DNA of 64,000 bases, taken from Blepharisma stoltei ATCC 30299. Its lineage: Eukaryota; Protista; Ciliophora. The stretch is taken from contig CBFDEM010000016.1 of assembly GCA_965603825.1 (NCBI GenBank), positions 124,001 to 188,000 on the forward strand, read 5' to 3'. Within the stretch, counting starts at the first letter, position 1. The number at the start of each line of letters is the position of its first letter. A program made the translations under genes and the position numbers. The notes beneath the pieces were generated by a model. The model saw only the letters and a program-made list of their open reading frames with translations, had not been told where the DNA came from and did not search any database. Below, in pieces: positions 34,665 through 46,748 of this stretch.

Positions 34665-35051
34665 TTAGTTTATTTCATCATCTGGTTCATCATCAAAGCC
34701 TTCTAAGTTTCTCTTGCCTTCGAGATATTCATTCTTGTCTTTAAGCCACATCATGAAATGCTCCCACTTAACGTGCGAATAATCAAATTCATCTTTTGAC
34801 CCATCAATGAACTCCATTGTGCATGTATGTACCTTAGCCAAATCTCTATGACCTATAATTTCCTTTTTCCATACAAATGTTTCTTGGACTTTCTTTGAGT
34901 CGTATTTTACACACAGTTCAGTGAATTTCTTTAAAAAGTGCTTGCCATAGTCATTGTTGTAAGGATAATGAGTGATGTTAGCTGACATAACGTACTGAAA
35001 GTGAGGCTTTCTCAAAGACCCTTCAAGCCACTTTAATCTCTTTGAAGCCAT
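34665..35051 (-). CDS. Small protein, possibly mitochondrial ribosomal protein mL53-like
   Basis: Clean 128-aa ORF with only TGG Trp codons. CTMEFIDGSK followed by a helix is reminiscent of mL53; family call is weak. Confidence 0.45.
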   Translation of the reverse strand: MASKRLKWLEGSLRKPHFQYVMSANITHYPYNNDYGKHFLKKFTELCVKYDSKKVQETFVWKKEIIGHRDLAKVHTCTMEFIDGSKDEFDYSHVKWEHFMMWLKDKNEYLEGKRNLEGFDDEPDDEIN

Positions 35052-35140
35052 TTTATTATTTAAAGATTAAATAATTTATAAATTACTTCTCAATGGAATA
35101 TATTTATTATTAGCAATATTAAATGCATTAAAATATCAGT

Positions 35141-37234
35141 TTACCTCATAAATCCTCCACCAATTCGCTTTAGTTTCTTAGTGTTATTGCTTTGAGTGAA
35201 ATTGCTTCTCAGCATGTTGTTTTGTCTTTCTATCCTTTGGTCGTATTTTGAAATTATTTCTTTTAGCTCTTTGACTTTTCCATTTGAAGATGGAGAAGAG
35301 AAGGATGAAAATTTGTATTGGATCAGAGGAAGGTTGGGGACTATAGATTTGGTCTCTCGGTTTGGAGTTTGAGGCTTAAAATATGATTTAGATGGACTTT
35401 CTACGTTTTTTGTGGAAGATGGAGGGCGTTTATCGTAGAGTCTGAAAAGTTTGGCTTTTTTGTGAGCTTCTTCTTTTGCTACTTGAAAAGCCTTTAAGAT
35501 ATTCAAAGGGTTCATTTGTGGGAAAATTGTCTTAGGTCTTTCAAAAATATTCGCATTTTCTCCTTCAAAAATAGGTTCATCATTAATACACATATCCTCA
35601 AACCCAGTCGATAATCTAAATATCGATTTTCTCCCATTTTCTCTACTATTTATTCTCTTCCCCTCCTCTTCTCCTTTAATAAACGCCGAAATTTTTGCTT
35701 CATCAAGTTTTGGCGACAGTCTTGGAGAATCAAGATCAGTATCAATATACAGCGGAGGCAAAGGATTATTTAAGCTTTTTTCAAATATCGGGTGTCCTGG
35801 CACGCTTTCTCTTCTTGACCCTAAAGCTGATAAAGAAATTGACTCCCTTACCGTTTTTGTTGGATGCATTTCAACTAAAGCTACAGCATGGGTTCTTCCA
35901 CATCTAGCAAGCCTAACTGTGCAGTCTTTGTCAAACAATTTTCTTGGGTGTGAAAAAAGAGGGTCAATGCAAAATGCATTTTTTGAAGCTAAACCTGCTG
36001 ACTGTTGAGGCTCAATTTTATTACAGAGACTTTTAAACTCGCCTACTCATCCAGAAGAATAAAGCTCTCCTGTGTTGCTGATAAAAGTAGATGCAGACAC
36101 TCCTAAAGAAACTTGAACTATTTTTTGAGAAATTTCGATTATAGTTGGATAATATAGATTGCTGAAATGGCCTTGGCCGAGCTGTCCACAGCCATTTCAT
36201 CCCCAGACCAGCAATTTTCCATCTTCAGTTATGGCAGCTGAGGTTTCTTCTCCAGCTTCAATGTCTTTGATATTTGTAAGGATTTCAGATTTTCCATTAT
36301 TCAAATCTCTATGTTTTTTTACAAAATTTGGGGTCCTTATTTCTGCGGTTGAGCCGCCTAGTCCTAGCTGTCCACAGCTGTTATACCCACATGAGAGGAT
36401 TTGTTTTTCTTCATTCAAAAATAAAGAATGGGCTCCTCCAGCTCTGATTTTGACGATATTTGATATAGGGATAAGAGTTGGGTAAATATAATATGGATCT
36501 TCGCCTCCACATTGTCCATGCTCATTATCTCCAAAAGAATAAACTTTATCATCAGCTAAAACCAGCGAATGTCCTATTCCACAAGAAATATCTGTAACGA
36601 TTTTGCTATTAAACCATTCTATTTTTTTTGGATTTGAGGTTTGGGTTTGAGATCCATGACCTGTCTGATAGCTCCCTGCTCATCCCCAAGAGAAAACTTC
36701 TCCATTTACATTTAAGGCAATACAATGCCCTGCACCTGTAGAGATTTTGCTAATTATCCCAAAATCAAATTTTATAAGATTAGGGACAAGTCTGTCTTTG
36801 AAATCCCCTAGTCCTAATTGTCCAGCAACATTATAGCCTCAAGAATAAATGCAATTGTCTTCTGTTAAAGCAAGAGTGTTCCCTGCGCCACAGGCAATTT
36901 GTTTTATTGATCGGTTTTTTAGTAATTCAATAGGTGCAGGATCAGTTGAATCCAATAGCTTTCCTATGCCTAAAGCTCCTTCTTTACCACTTCCTCATGA
37001 AAATAAAGCAAGATCTTCAGATGCAGCTGGAATATTTTTCTTAGGTATATCTAGCATTAAAACTGGATTTAAGTTAAATCCTTTTCTTGGTGATAAATGT
37101 GATTCAATTTTAAAAGTGTTCAAATTCACAGGGCTTCTTATAGAAGACTGTTCAGAAAATGAACGAAATTCAGCAGAAAAATCTTTTAGCTTTACTTTTC
37201 GTGTGATTCTATTTTGGCATTTCCATTGCTTCAT
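35141..37234 (-). CDS. RCC1-repeat beta-propeller protein with disordered C-terminal half (697 aa)
   Basis: Repeats of S-W-G-x4-GQLG...IACG/GHS; five TGA=Trp, two at the conserved repeat Trp (36995, 36839). Confidence 0.9.
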
Positions 37235-37529
37235 TTAAAATTTTTAATATTGGAATGTGATTGGATAATTTTATTCATTGTATATAATTTACAGCGATGC
37301 CAGGGAGCCTGAAGATAAATAAATAATATAAAAATATTGAGCTATTCTACAAATAAAAAAAATTAATTGACAAAAACGAAATAGTAATAATAATTGACAA
37401 AAAATTTATAGGATAGATCTCAAATTTTTCATGACTATTGAAATTTATATAGATACATCTATTAAAGAAGCATATAAATAGATTTTAATAAAAAATCCCA
37501 TAAAATACAAAATATTGCTCCAGATAAAT

Positions 37530-38441
37530 ATGAAGCATTTCTTTCACAAAAAAGAAGTTCATACAACAAGTAAGTCCAGAGTCCAAGAGCTAGAAGAAGA
37601 GCTTCAGCAAGCTTACGAACAAATAAGAAAACTCCAGATAATGAACGAAGAAAACCAAGACGAAGAAGAATCAAAAGATTTAAAGTCAAAACTGCGAATA
37701 ATGACTACAAAATTCGCCAATGTTCGAAAAGAAAGAGACACTTTAAAGAAAGAAAATAAGCAACTTCAAACTGAAATTATGGAGCTCCAATCTCACATCA
37801 GGCATATGGTCCCAGGCTTTCAAAACAGCTCAAATACCTTTCCCTTACTCAATGAATTAGGATCACTAACTGATGAGTTTTATAAATGTGATTGTCAGGA
37901 TTTATTTTTTGAAGTTTTATCCCCAGAGCTTTCAATTGAAGGAATTATTTACTTTTTTAGGACTTCTTTTTCAAGGATTAACGATTTCGTTAATAATTAT
38001 TTTTCACCTACTGAAGACCAAATTAAAAGAACGACAGGACTTGAATCATTAGATGGACCTATATTAAATGTTCTAAGGAAATCATATCAAGTTTCTTGAA
38101 AAAGGCTTGCAAACATTTGCTTTGATAAAGTATCAATTAATAGAACTGTTGAGGATATACAAAGGGTATTAAATTTAGGAAAATGCGATAATCAGCTAGT
38201 AAAGTATTTAAAGAAGCTCGAAGAATTAGTATTTTGTTACTATATAAGTGACCCACCCTTAACATGTCCTTGGGAAAGTATTGGCGAGATTATTCAATTT
38301 AATTCGTTACTTCATGACGCTATAGATGGATTTGTAAGACCTGGAGACCAATGCTATGTTTTACTCCCTATAATTCATAAATATTCCGGAGAAGTTGTAG
38401 CAAAAGCTGGAGTCTTACATATTGATTATGAACTTAATTAG
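37530..38441 (+). CDS. Coiled-coil protein with MIEAP/SPATA18-like C-terminal domain
   Basis: TGA 38097 read through to TAG 38439; ISDPPL...FNSLLH...VLLPII...EVVAKAGV pattern. Confidence 0.6.
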
Positions 38442-39003
38442 TTTTAAATTGATAGTGTATTAACTTAATAGAATTTCCAATAAATCTTATGTGATTCCGA
38501 TATATTTACATTACATATTTTTAATCATTCAAATAAAATAATTTTTCATTTTGTTTTTTAATTTGACTATAAAAAAAATTAAGATAATTCTCAGCATCTT
38601 TTTAGGATTAAGCCTTTATTGACGGTCAAGATATTTTTATTTTCAGATTTCAATGAGAGATTATTAAATTCTAGATATCTAATCTGTTATAATAGATCTT
38701 TATGATTATTAAAAAATGCTGCAGAATAAAGTTTTACTCAGTTTAAATTTATTGATAAGATATTTACTCATTATACTTAAAAACTGCTTCAATATATTTA
38801 AATGTTTTAAATATTAATAATTCTTCAAAATATAATTACTTTACGATTTTAAGCCTTAATTTCATTAAAACAATTTTCTAAATCATACAGAATAATTTCC
38901 TTTGATGTTTTACATTTGAGAGATCAGAAAAGAGCATAGTTTTTATTGGCCAATTTTTTATTGAGAAAAGTCCATAAAAATATGAACCCAATAAATCCTA
39001 AAT

Positions 39004-40497
39004 ATGGGCTGTTGCAACTCCAAAGTAGACAAACCATCCAAAAAAAAGGCAGAGAATTTGAAATCTCTAGGCGAGCCACTGAAAGTAGCCGCTATTAGTG
39101 CTGAGAAACCTAAATTAGTCATCCAGAAAGGCAAAGTCGGTGAAAAGTATAAAATCATCAAACTTTTAGGGACTGAGAAGCATGGCTCGTACTTTCAGGT
39201 TATGAACGTTAAGACAAATGTCGAAAGGTTCTTAAAAGAATACATAAAAGCTAAAACTAGCAAAAAGACGCTTGAGCAAGTTCTTGAGTCTATTGAAACA
39301 CTCTACGGCATAGTAAAATCTAATTAGGATCATCCCAATGTTGTAAAAATCACCGAAGTAATAGAATCAGACGAATCCTTGAATATAATAGCAGAATTAT
39401 GCACAGGTGGCGAGCTAACAGCCAAAATTTCGAAAAATAAAAGCTTTAGTGAGAAAGACGCTGCGAAGACATTTAAAGATATTATGCTTGCAATCAGCTG
39501 TTGTCATGCAAATGGAATTGTTCACAGAAATATAAGCACTAAAACTATTTTATACCAAAATCAAGAAAGTAACTCAGAAATCAAGCTGGTTGACTTTTCT
39601 CTCTCCAAGAAAATGAAGCACAAGCACGCATTGAAAGAGCCTATTGGAAGTGTAAAAAATATTTAGGTTCAATACATGGCACCTGAAGTATTCGATAAAG
39701 AGTATAATGAGAAATGCGACATCTGGAGCGCTGGAGTTGTCCTTTATATTATGCTTGTTGGAAGGCCTCCGTTCGGAGGACATAAAGTTAATGATATTGT
39801 TGCTTCAATAAAAGAAGGCAAATTACACTTGGATAAATCCCATTGCCAACATCTTTCAGGTGAAGCCAAAGATCTCCTCAAAAAAATGCTATCTGTCGAC
39901 CCAGAAGCTAGATTAAGTGCTCAGCAAGTTTTGGAGCATCAATGGATAAAAAGTTACAATAACGATACAATTTCATCTATTCCCTTAACTGAAGAAGTTT
40001 TTGCTCATTTAATTAGACACCACTCTGAGTCGAAACTGTCAGATGCCTTGTTTTCCTTTGTTGCGACTCAAATTTCTGACTCAGCAGAAGATAAAATATT
40101 AGAAGAGCAATTTAAGGCTATGGATAAGAATGGAGATGGAAGACTTACATTAGAAGAAATTGAAAGTGGGCTAAAGCTTTTGAGCCCAGGGACAAATGTA
40201 GATCCGAAAAAATTATTTTCAGAAATTGATAGAGACCATAGTGGATTTGTTGGGTACACTGAATTTATGATGGCTTCGAGAAATTGGAAGAAGACTGTGC
40301 AAAAAGAGGAACTGGAAAAGGTTTTCCAAAGCTTGGATATTGGGTCTGATGGGCAGCTTGCTTTAAATGATTTCAAAAACAGTTTCCCTGGAATTGATAG
40401 CAGTGAATGGGCTGACTTCTTCAAGGCTGCAGACGCTAATCAAGATGGGTTAATCAGCTATGAAGAGCTCAAAGAATATTTAATTTCAAGAGCATAA
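39004..40497 (+). CDS. Calcium-dependent protein kinase (CDPK)-like protein with 4 EF hands and degenerate catalytic motifs; two 15-nt introns
   Basis: MGCCNSK, DHPNVVK, ELCTGGEL, YMAPEV, CDIWSAGV; EF loops DKNGDG, DRDHSG, DIGSDG, DANQDG. Confidence 0.92.
39313..39327 (+). other. 15-nt intron GTAAAATCTAATTAG (phase 0)
   Basis: Removal restores I-DHPNV. Confidence 0.94.
39652..39666 (+). other. 15-nt intron GTAAAAAATATTTAG (phase 0)
   Basis: Removal restores IGS-VQYMAPE. Confidence 0.94.
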
Positions 40498-41018
40498 GCT
40501 TAACTAAGACTTTACAGCTCTAATTATAATGCGAAAATATATATAAAAATTGAGAAATTGCTATAAAAATCACTTTCTCAGCTTTCTTAATTGTTAAAAA
40601 TGATTAAAACGTTTTAGCAATGATTTTAAATCCAGTTTTTACAACAAAATAAGGAATTTTGTAAACAAAATATTTAAAAGTTAAATGTCTATTAAAATAT
40701 AATTATATTTAATTTTTAATATTTAAGAAAATAATAAAAAATTGTTTCTATTTTTTTCATATAGTGATTAGAACTATCTCATTATTAGCCTTTAGATTTT
40801 TATTTGTTTTTTTGAGTATTTTTGCTTATTATATTATATATTTTTTTAAATCTACAATCCTAAAACAAAGACTTTATATCTTTTGTGCTTTTATAGTTCT
40901 ATTTCGAAAAACTGATCTTAATTAAATAATTCAATTGATTTCTTGAAGGAGTTTATTTATTTCATTTATTTTATGTAATTTAACAGCTGTTTAGCAGTTC
41001 AAATACTCCTTTAAGGAC

Positions 41019-42050
41019 TTAAATTACTTGAATTTCAGGTGAAGTTTTGAGAAGGTATTCGAGTAGCTCATCAGCTTCTCCAAACTTATCAGCAGTTTCT
41101 TTTATCGATTTAAACAGTTCAACATCACAATAATCAAGCTCAGCAAAAAACTTCCCAATAATTACCAAGCATTCAGCATCATGCCGTTTTATTCCTTTTT
41201 TTATAATTTCTGCAAGAGCATCAAACACTTCTTGATTAACAAAAATCTGATTTCTTCTGCACTTAACTAATGCAATTAGAAGCGTAATTTGATCGGACGT
41301 TTTTAACTTTCTTATGGATATTGAGTCGACTCTTTCTAGAAGATTAAGAATATTCAGCATATTGTACTTGGCTCCTGACTTGATTAGTAGATTTAAAATT
41401 TGAGGAATATTGTAAATTGGGATTTCAAGTGACGATTTACTAATTATTTGTCGGAAGTTATAAACGAGCTCTAAGCTTATAGGCTCATGAGTTCATGTCA
41501 AATTCAAATAGTTAATAAGAGGCTCAAAGGAAGGATCATTGTAAATAAACTTTTGTGTTATTTTGTCTAGTAATCAATAGTCATAGTAATCATTTCTTTT
41601 CATAAATCTTACGATTTTGGTTAGCTCGTTTCAGGAAAAATGCTCAATCATAGAAGAACCTTCTGATATTATTTTTCTTGACTGGTACTCTGAGAAGATT
41701 TGACTATTTTCACTTGTTCCTTCTATCGATATAAGATTTGAAAGAAGATTTCTTTTATGTTTTGGAAAATAGTTTTCTGTAAGACTGAAAAGCAAATTAA
41801 AAATATTTTCATCAGGGATCAAGTATCACGCAATGCTGCTTTTAAGGATTTCTGATATTAATGAATCTGAATTTGCTGCTTCACTGTTCAATAATAATGA
41901 TATTTCTTCACATTTTTTCTTGGAATCTACTCCTTGACTGTTAGCATTGGCCAGAGAATCCTTGATTTCTTTGATTAGGATTGAAATTTCTGTTGAAACT
42001 GAAGATTTTTTTGATCGCATTCTACTAAGAATCGCAAAGTACCTAAACAT
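41019..42050 (-). CDS. Probable mitochondrial alpha-helical repeat protein (343 aa)
   Basis: MFRYFAILSRMRS presequence-like start; one frame with four TGA=Trp; C-terminal AELDYCDVELFKSI resembles an HPR/FAST-type repeat. Confidence 0.68.
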
Positions 42051-42157
42051 ATTTATTTATTATTTTTATATATTGCAAATAATGTGAGCATAATAAAGTG
42101 ATTTGCTCCTTATATGAATACAATAAGGAAATGATTTTTTTGAATGGTTTATTTTAC

Positions 42158-43420
42158 TTAAAGATCTTCTGATTGCGAAACTTCAGGCTGATGATCTTGA
42201 CCATCCCAAGGCTCTACCTTACTTAATTTTGGTAGTTCTTTATATTCAATCAGAGGCACTGAGCCGCTGAGAGTTTTAGTAATGAACGTATCTATTTCTG
42301 TAGGGTTATATGCACTCTTCATGACAGAGTATCTCGTTTTCTGTGTACTAATCCCTGCAACCGCTGGATACCCCATTCCAAGCCCTAGCAATTGTTCAAG
42401 CTTCAAAAAGTCTCCAGCTTGTGCCCACATAAGTCTAATTGGTTTTCCTCTTGTCTTTTTAGCAACATTTTGGAAGACTTCAATATATCTGTTCCTTTCC
42501 ACACTTGAGCTGTCATAAATATGAGGCAAAAACGCAATAATACATACTTGCTTATCACAATTTTCTTTAAAAACTTCAGCACTTACAAGCTGAGGAATTT
42601 CAGGAGCAACCCCATATTGATCAAGTTTGCTTAAAGCTGTCCTTACAATTCCTTCAGCTTCTCTTGGCCCATTGTAGTCTTCTGCATTGTTTTTCTCTCC
42701 AGGAGGGAAAATTTTGATGGTTGGGTATCCTTTGACGCCGTACTTTTGTGCGGTTTTAGTTTCAGCAGTTGCATCTAATTTGCCTAATTTTACAGAATCT
42801 TTAAGCTGGGTAGCTGCTCTAGCCCATTCAGGGGCAAGTTTTTTGCAGTGGCCGCACCATGGAGCATACATTTCAACGAGCCACATGTCTTTGCTTTTAA
42901 GTACCAGTTCTTCAAAATTGCTATCTGTTAAGACAATGACATCGTCATCTTTTACGGATTCTTGGCTTCCTTGAGAGTTTCCGCTTGAACTGCTTGAGCT
43001 TGGCTTCCCTCCGAGTCGTTTTTGGACTATTTGTTCAGCTTGGCTAAGGGCATATGATGTGATTTCTTTTGCAGATCTTCCAGAATTGTAATCTAGAGGA
43101 GATCTTTTGTTTTCGCCAAAGAATTTGATAGTTGGGAAACCTTCAACTCTGTATGGAGCACCTACTTGTTGGTCAGTAGTCATATCGACGGCACCTACTT
43201 TTACAATTCCTTTGAGGGCTTTGGCAGCTTTTTCCCATTCAGGGGCTAATTGTTTGCAGTGGCCACACCATGGGGCGAAAAACTCGACTAGCCAAATATC
43301 GTCGGACTCTATAACTTCTTTTTGGAAGTTAGCACTGGTAAGCTTGACTACTGGGCTTGAAGCAGAGTAAAGTGCAGATGCAAGTAAAATTGGTAATAAA
43401 AGTACGTGGAGCACTCCCAT
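42158..43420 (-). CDS. PDIA6: Protein disulfide isomerase A6 (P5)
   Basis: Signal peptide, two APWCGHCK domains, EPWDG, C-terminal SEDL. Confidence 0.96.
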   Translation of the reverse strand: MGVLHVLLLPILLASALYSASSPVVKLTSANFQKEVIESDDIWLVEFFAPWCGHCKQLAPEWEKAAKALKGIVKVGAVDMTTDQQVGAPYRVEGFPTIKFFGENKRSPLDYNSGRSAKEITSYALSQAEQIVQKRLGGKPSSSSSSGNSQGSQESVKDDDVIVLTDSNFEELVLKSKDMWLVEMYAPWCGHCKKLAPEWARAATQLKDSVKLGKLDATAETKTAQKYGVKGYPTIKIFPPGEKNNAEDYNGPREAEGIVRTALSKLDQYGVAPEIPQLVSAEVFKENCDKQVCIIAFLPHIYDSSSVERNRYIEVFQNVAKKTRGKPIRLMWAQAGDFLKLEQLLGLGMGYPAVAGISTQKTRYSVMKSAYNPTEIDTFITKTLSGSVPLIEYKELPKLSKVEPWDGQDHQPEVSQSEDL

Positions 43421-43640
43421 ATTTTCTTATAAATTATATGCTAATATCAAGCTAAATACTTGAAAAATAAAGCCAAAAATTAAAATAAGATAGATTTAAG
43501 CATATTGCTTAATGAAATACTTGATTAATATGTTTCCTTTTCCATTTTAGGTAATAATTTCTTAATTATCTAATATATGAATTGACTCGAACTAAGAACA
43601 TATGTAAATTTGTACATTAAATACTAGCTTGCAGATGCAA

Positions 43641-44390
43641 TTAGCACTTGCAGCGAAAGTAGCTCTGCAGCATTTGCTTAATGCCTTCCAAATTGGAATC
43701 TTGAGGTATCGCATCACAACGCCTTATTTCTTTCTTTTCCCTGAGTGCTTTTGCAACCGTTTCCTCGGTTGCAAAAATGCACTTGTCTCTTCATTCTCAT
43801 CCAGTGTTTTTCAAAGTGTTGCAGACAATTCTTACTCCAGCTACATTAAAAAACACGCAAGCAACTGGAGTAATTCCTTTAAGTGTTTTAAGGATATCAG
43901 TTTTATAAACAGAAGATGTAGAGAAGCAGCAGACATTCCGGACTGATATATCAAATTCTTTTAGTTGTCTGATAGGCGTCACTTTCTGACGATAGCCACT
44001 GAGAAAAATAATTTGACTTCCTATCAAATCTGTATCATTTCTTAAAGTATCAATCAGCTCAGGAAGCCCTTTTTTGACAGTAACTTCAGGGATTTTGGAC
44101 AGAATATCCAAGCAAACGTTAGCAGTACTTTCTCTTAGGGCATACCACTTCAAATGCCTTACATTGATTCCAGTCCTCCCAAGTGCAAGCACAGATCGGT
44201 GGCTTGGGAAGACGATTGCCTTTACTTTTTGAATATTTTCAAAAGCTTTTTTTACATTTCCTTCGTGTTTTTCGTAATTTGTCTCTAAGACTGGAACGCA
44301 TAGCACCTGCAGTCCTATTTTCCTCAATGATGAAGAAATTTCTTCAGGTAAGTTGGGGTTACTGAAGAAAAGAATAGGATCAATGTTCAT
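43641..44390 (-). CDS. Divergent uroporphyrinogen-III synthase (HemD/UROS)-like protein
   Basis: VPVLET, AIVFPSHRSV, YALRESTA, IFLSG and CVFFNVAGV follow HemD motif order; two TGA=Trp; TAA 43641. Confidence 0.62.
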
Positions 44391-44490
44391 TATTTTGAAT
44401 TTTATATACAATTACTATATAAATAGTTTCCATAATAGGTAAAATGCTCTCCAATAATAAAAAGGGATTTATAATAGAAATCATTGATAA

Positions 44491-45582
44491 ATGAAAAATA
44501 GAAGCAATAAAATTATATCAAGAGATCCTGTAAGTAACAAATATTATGAAGATTCCAATAATTTCGTAAATATTGAAAAATTCATCAGGTGTGAGGCAGA
44601 TTCCCTTATTTTACCTGAATACCAAGCAGAAGAGCCAAAGCATCGGCCATCTCTTTCTTTCAATCATAATGACTTTTCAAAGATAAAGCCAGTTCATAAA
44701 CGAACTGTAAGTGAAGTCCTCCCACATCCACCAGAAACTGAGATTATCACCAATAAAACCCCACCAAAATCCAACTACCACGAAAAGAGACTAACCCCTA
44801 ATTCACTTGCAAAATACCTCAATCAGACAGGCCTGCCTATCCTAAAAGAAAGAAATGAGTCTTCATCTTCAGACAGCATGTCAGAAGATGAAAAAAACAT
44901 CAGAAATATCATTTCAGAAAGAAAATCCTGAAATCTTCCCACCAATGAGGCAGAAATTCAAGAGCAAGATCCTCGAAACGAAATAACTTCAATGCATGAA
45001 AATTTGGTAAAAAAAATCGAGATTACAAGAATGGACATAAAGAAAAAATTATTAATGATTTTTGGAGAAAAAGATAATGGATTACCTTTAAGAGATGCAA
45101 GACTGACAGAGAGATCAGATGACGGAGTTAGGGAGTCTTTGAATACAAATACAACGCAAACTGGCCCTGGAAGCTCGATAGCTTTTACTGAAATGGCTGT
45201 TGAACAGAGTGAAAATGCTAAATTTGACCCATTTAGGTCTCAAGATAGCTTTCAAGGAAATGTTGAAAAAATCAAGCTGGCTTTAACTAAAAATTTTTTT
45301 ACAAAACCTCATCAAATTGCTACAAGGCAAGGGATTTTCGACCTTATAGAGAGATCAGGAAAAAAGATATGTGTGCTGGTTTTTAATAGGCGAAATGATT
45401 TACTGGGGATTTATTATAAAGATGACAGCACAAATTATTTGCATAGAATCTCAGGAGTGAATGGGTCGAAATATTTAATACCTCCAGGAGACATTGTCTC
45501 TTATTTTTTATTTGATCCTGTAAATAACTGTTTCACCCCTGGGAGTTTGATATCATACGACGCGGTGAGTCTAGTCCCATAA
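44491..45582 (+). CDS. Protein with C-terminal CKK (CAMSAP-type) microtubule-binding domain
   Basis: TGA 44929 joins two ORFs; NVEKIKLAL...VLVF...LLGIY...RISG...YFLFD...F...DAVSL follows the CKK pattern. Confidence 0.68.
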
Positions 45583-45859
45583 ATGTTCATGTAAAATAAC
45601 TTAATTCAATTTTCCAAGCATTAACTTATACTTATACTTCTGCTTATCAAATTCAAATGACTATAAAAATAGCAATTTTCTTTCTATTTCGCAAGCGTCA
45701 GTAAAACCATATTTCAATTAGAATAAATTTTTACTTTTAAAAACAATGAACGAGCTTATATAAAAATACTGACTCTATTTGAATATTATTATCTCTAATA
45801 AATTTGCAAGTAAAATACTTGCATATGATTACCTCTTTAAATTGCAATAAATTAAATAT

Positions 45860-46369
45860 ATGCATAATTCAGGAAAGCCTCCTTCAAACCTAACTAAAAG
45901 ACTCTCTCCCAAGCCTTCTCACAATTTAGATGTTTTCGATAGATTGCACTCACAGACTTCAAAAACCATAAAATCTAACAATTCCAACGAAAAATCTGGC
46001 TCAATGCATGTAAAAAGGTCATCAGCTCCAATAATCAGCTCTTATCAGATTTATGATGAGAAATTGTCTTTAAAAATCGACACTCACGTTATGCCAGCCA
46101 AGAATTGAACTTCCAGGATAGCATCTACATACACACCGAACAGATCTCCTTTAATCAAAGATGATATAGGAATGAGAACGACACCGAAATTTCATTTGAA
46201 TTTACAAACTGGCCATTGCTTTGAACTGCAATCAGCTGAAAATCATACGCCTCTTGCGAGAACTGTAACTATAGGCTGCGCTGGAGAAAGGATCAATTAT
46301 GAACATAATCCATTAATAACGCCACGAAAGAAGAAACCTGATATATATCTAATTAATGATTTTTGTTAG
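45860..46369 (+). CDS. Hypothetical protein (169 aa)
   Basis: Two ORFs joined by TGA 46106; VFDRLH motif; TAG stop. Confidence 0.68.
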
Positions 46370-46748
46370 TATAGCAAACCTAGTAAGTAAAATCTTAAGC
46401 GAAATCCAAAGAAATTCTGATGGATTCTCATATTGTTTGAAAAGTGATATTTTACTGGAAATTTTTTAAAATTATCTGTTGAATTTGTTGCAGGATAAAT
46501 AATAAGAATTTTAATAACGAAAATTTAGGCATTAAAGTTTTCAGTATATATAATTTGCTAATTAATTAATCTAGCTTTATTTAAGAAGAATGTACTCATT
46601 TAATACTGTCTATTCAGGCAAAATAGCAATATACCATTAATTGAAAATTTTCTTATTAACTTATTTATATTTAATAAAATTTATTCGTTTTTTATTAAAA
46701 TTTTACTTATGAAAATATATCCATTTTCATAAGAAATAATTGTGAAAT

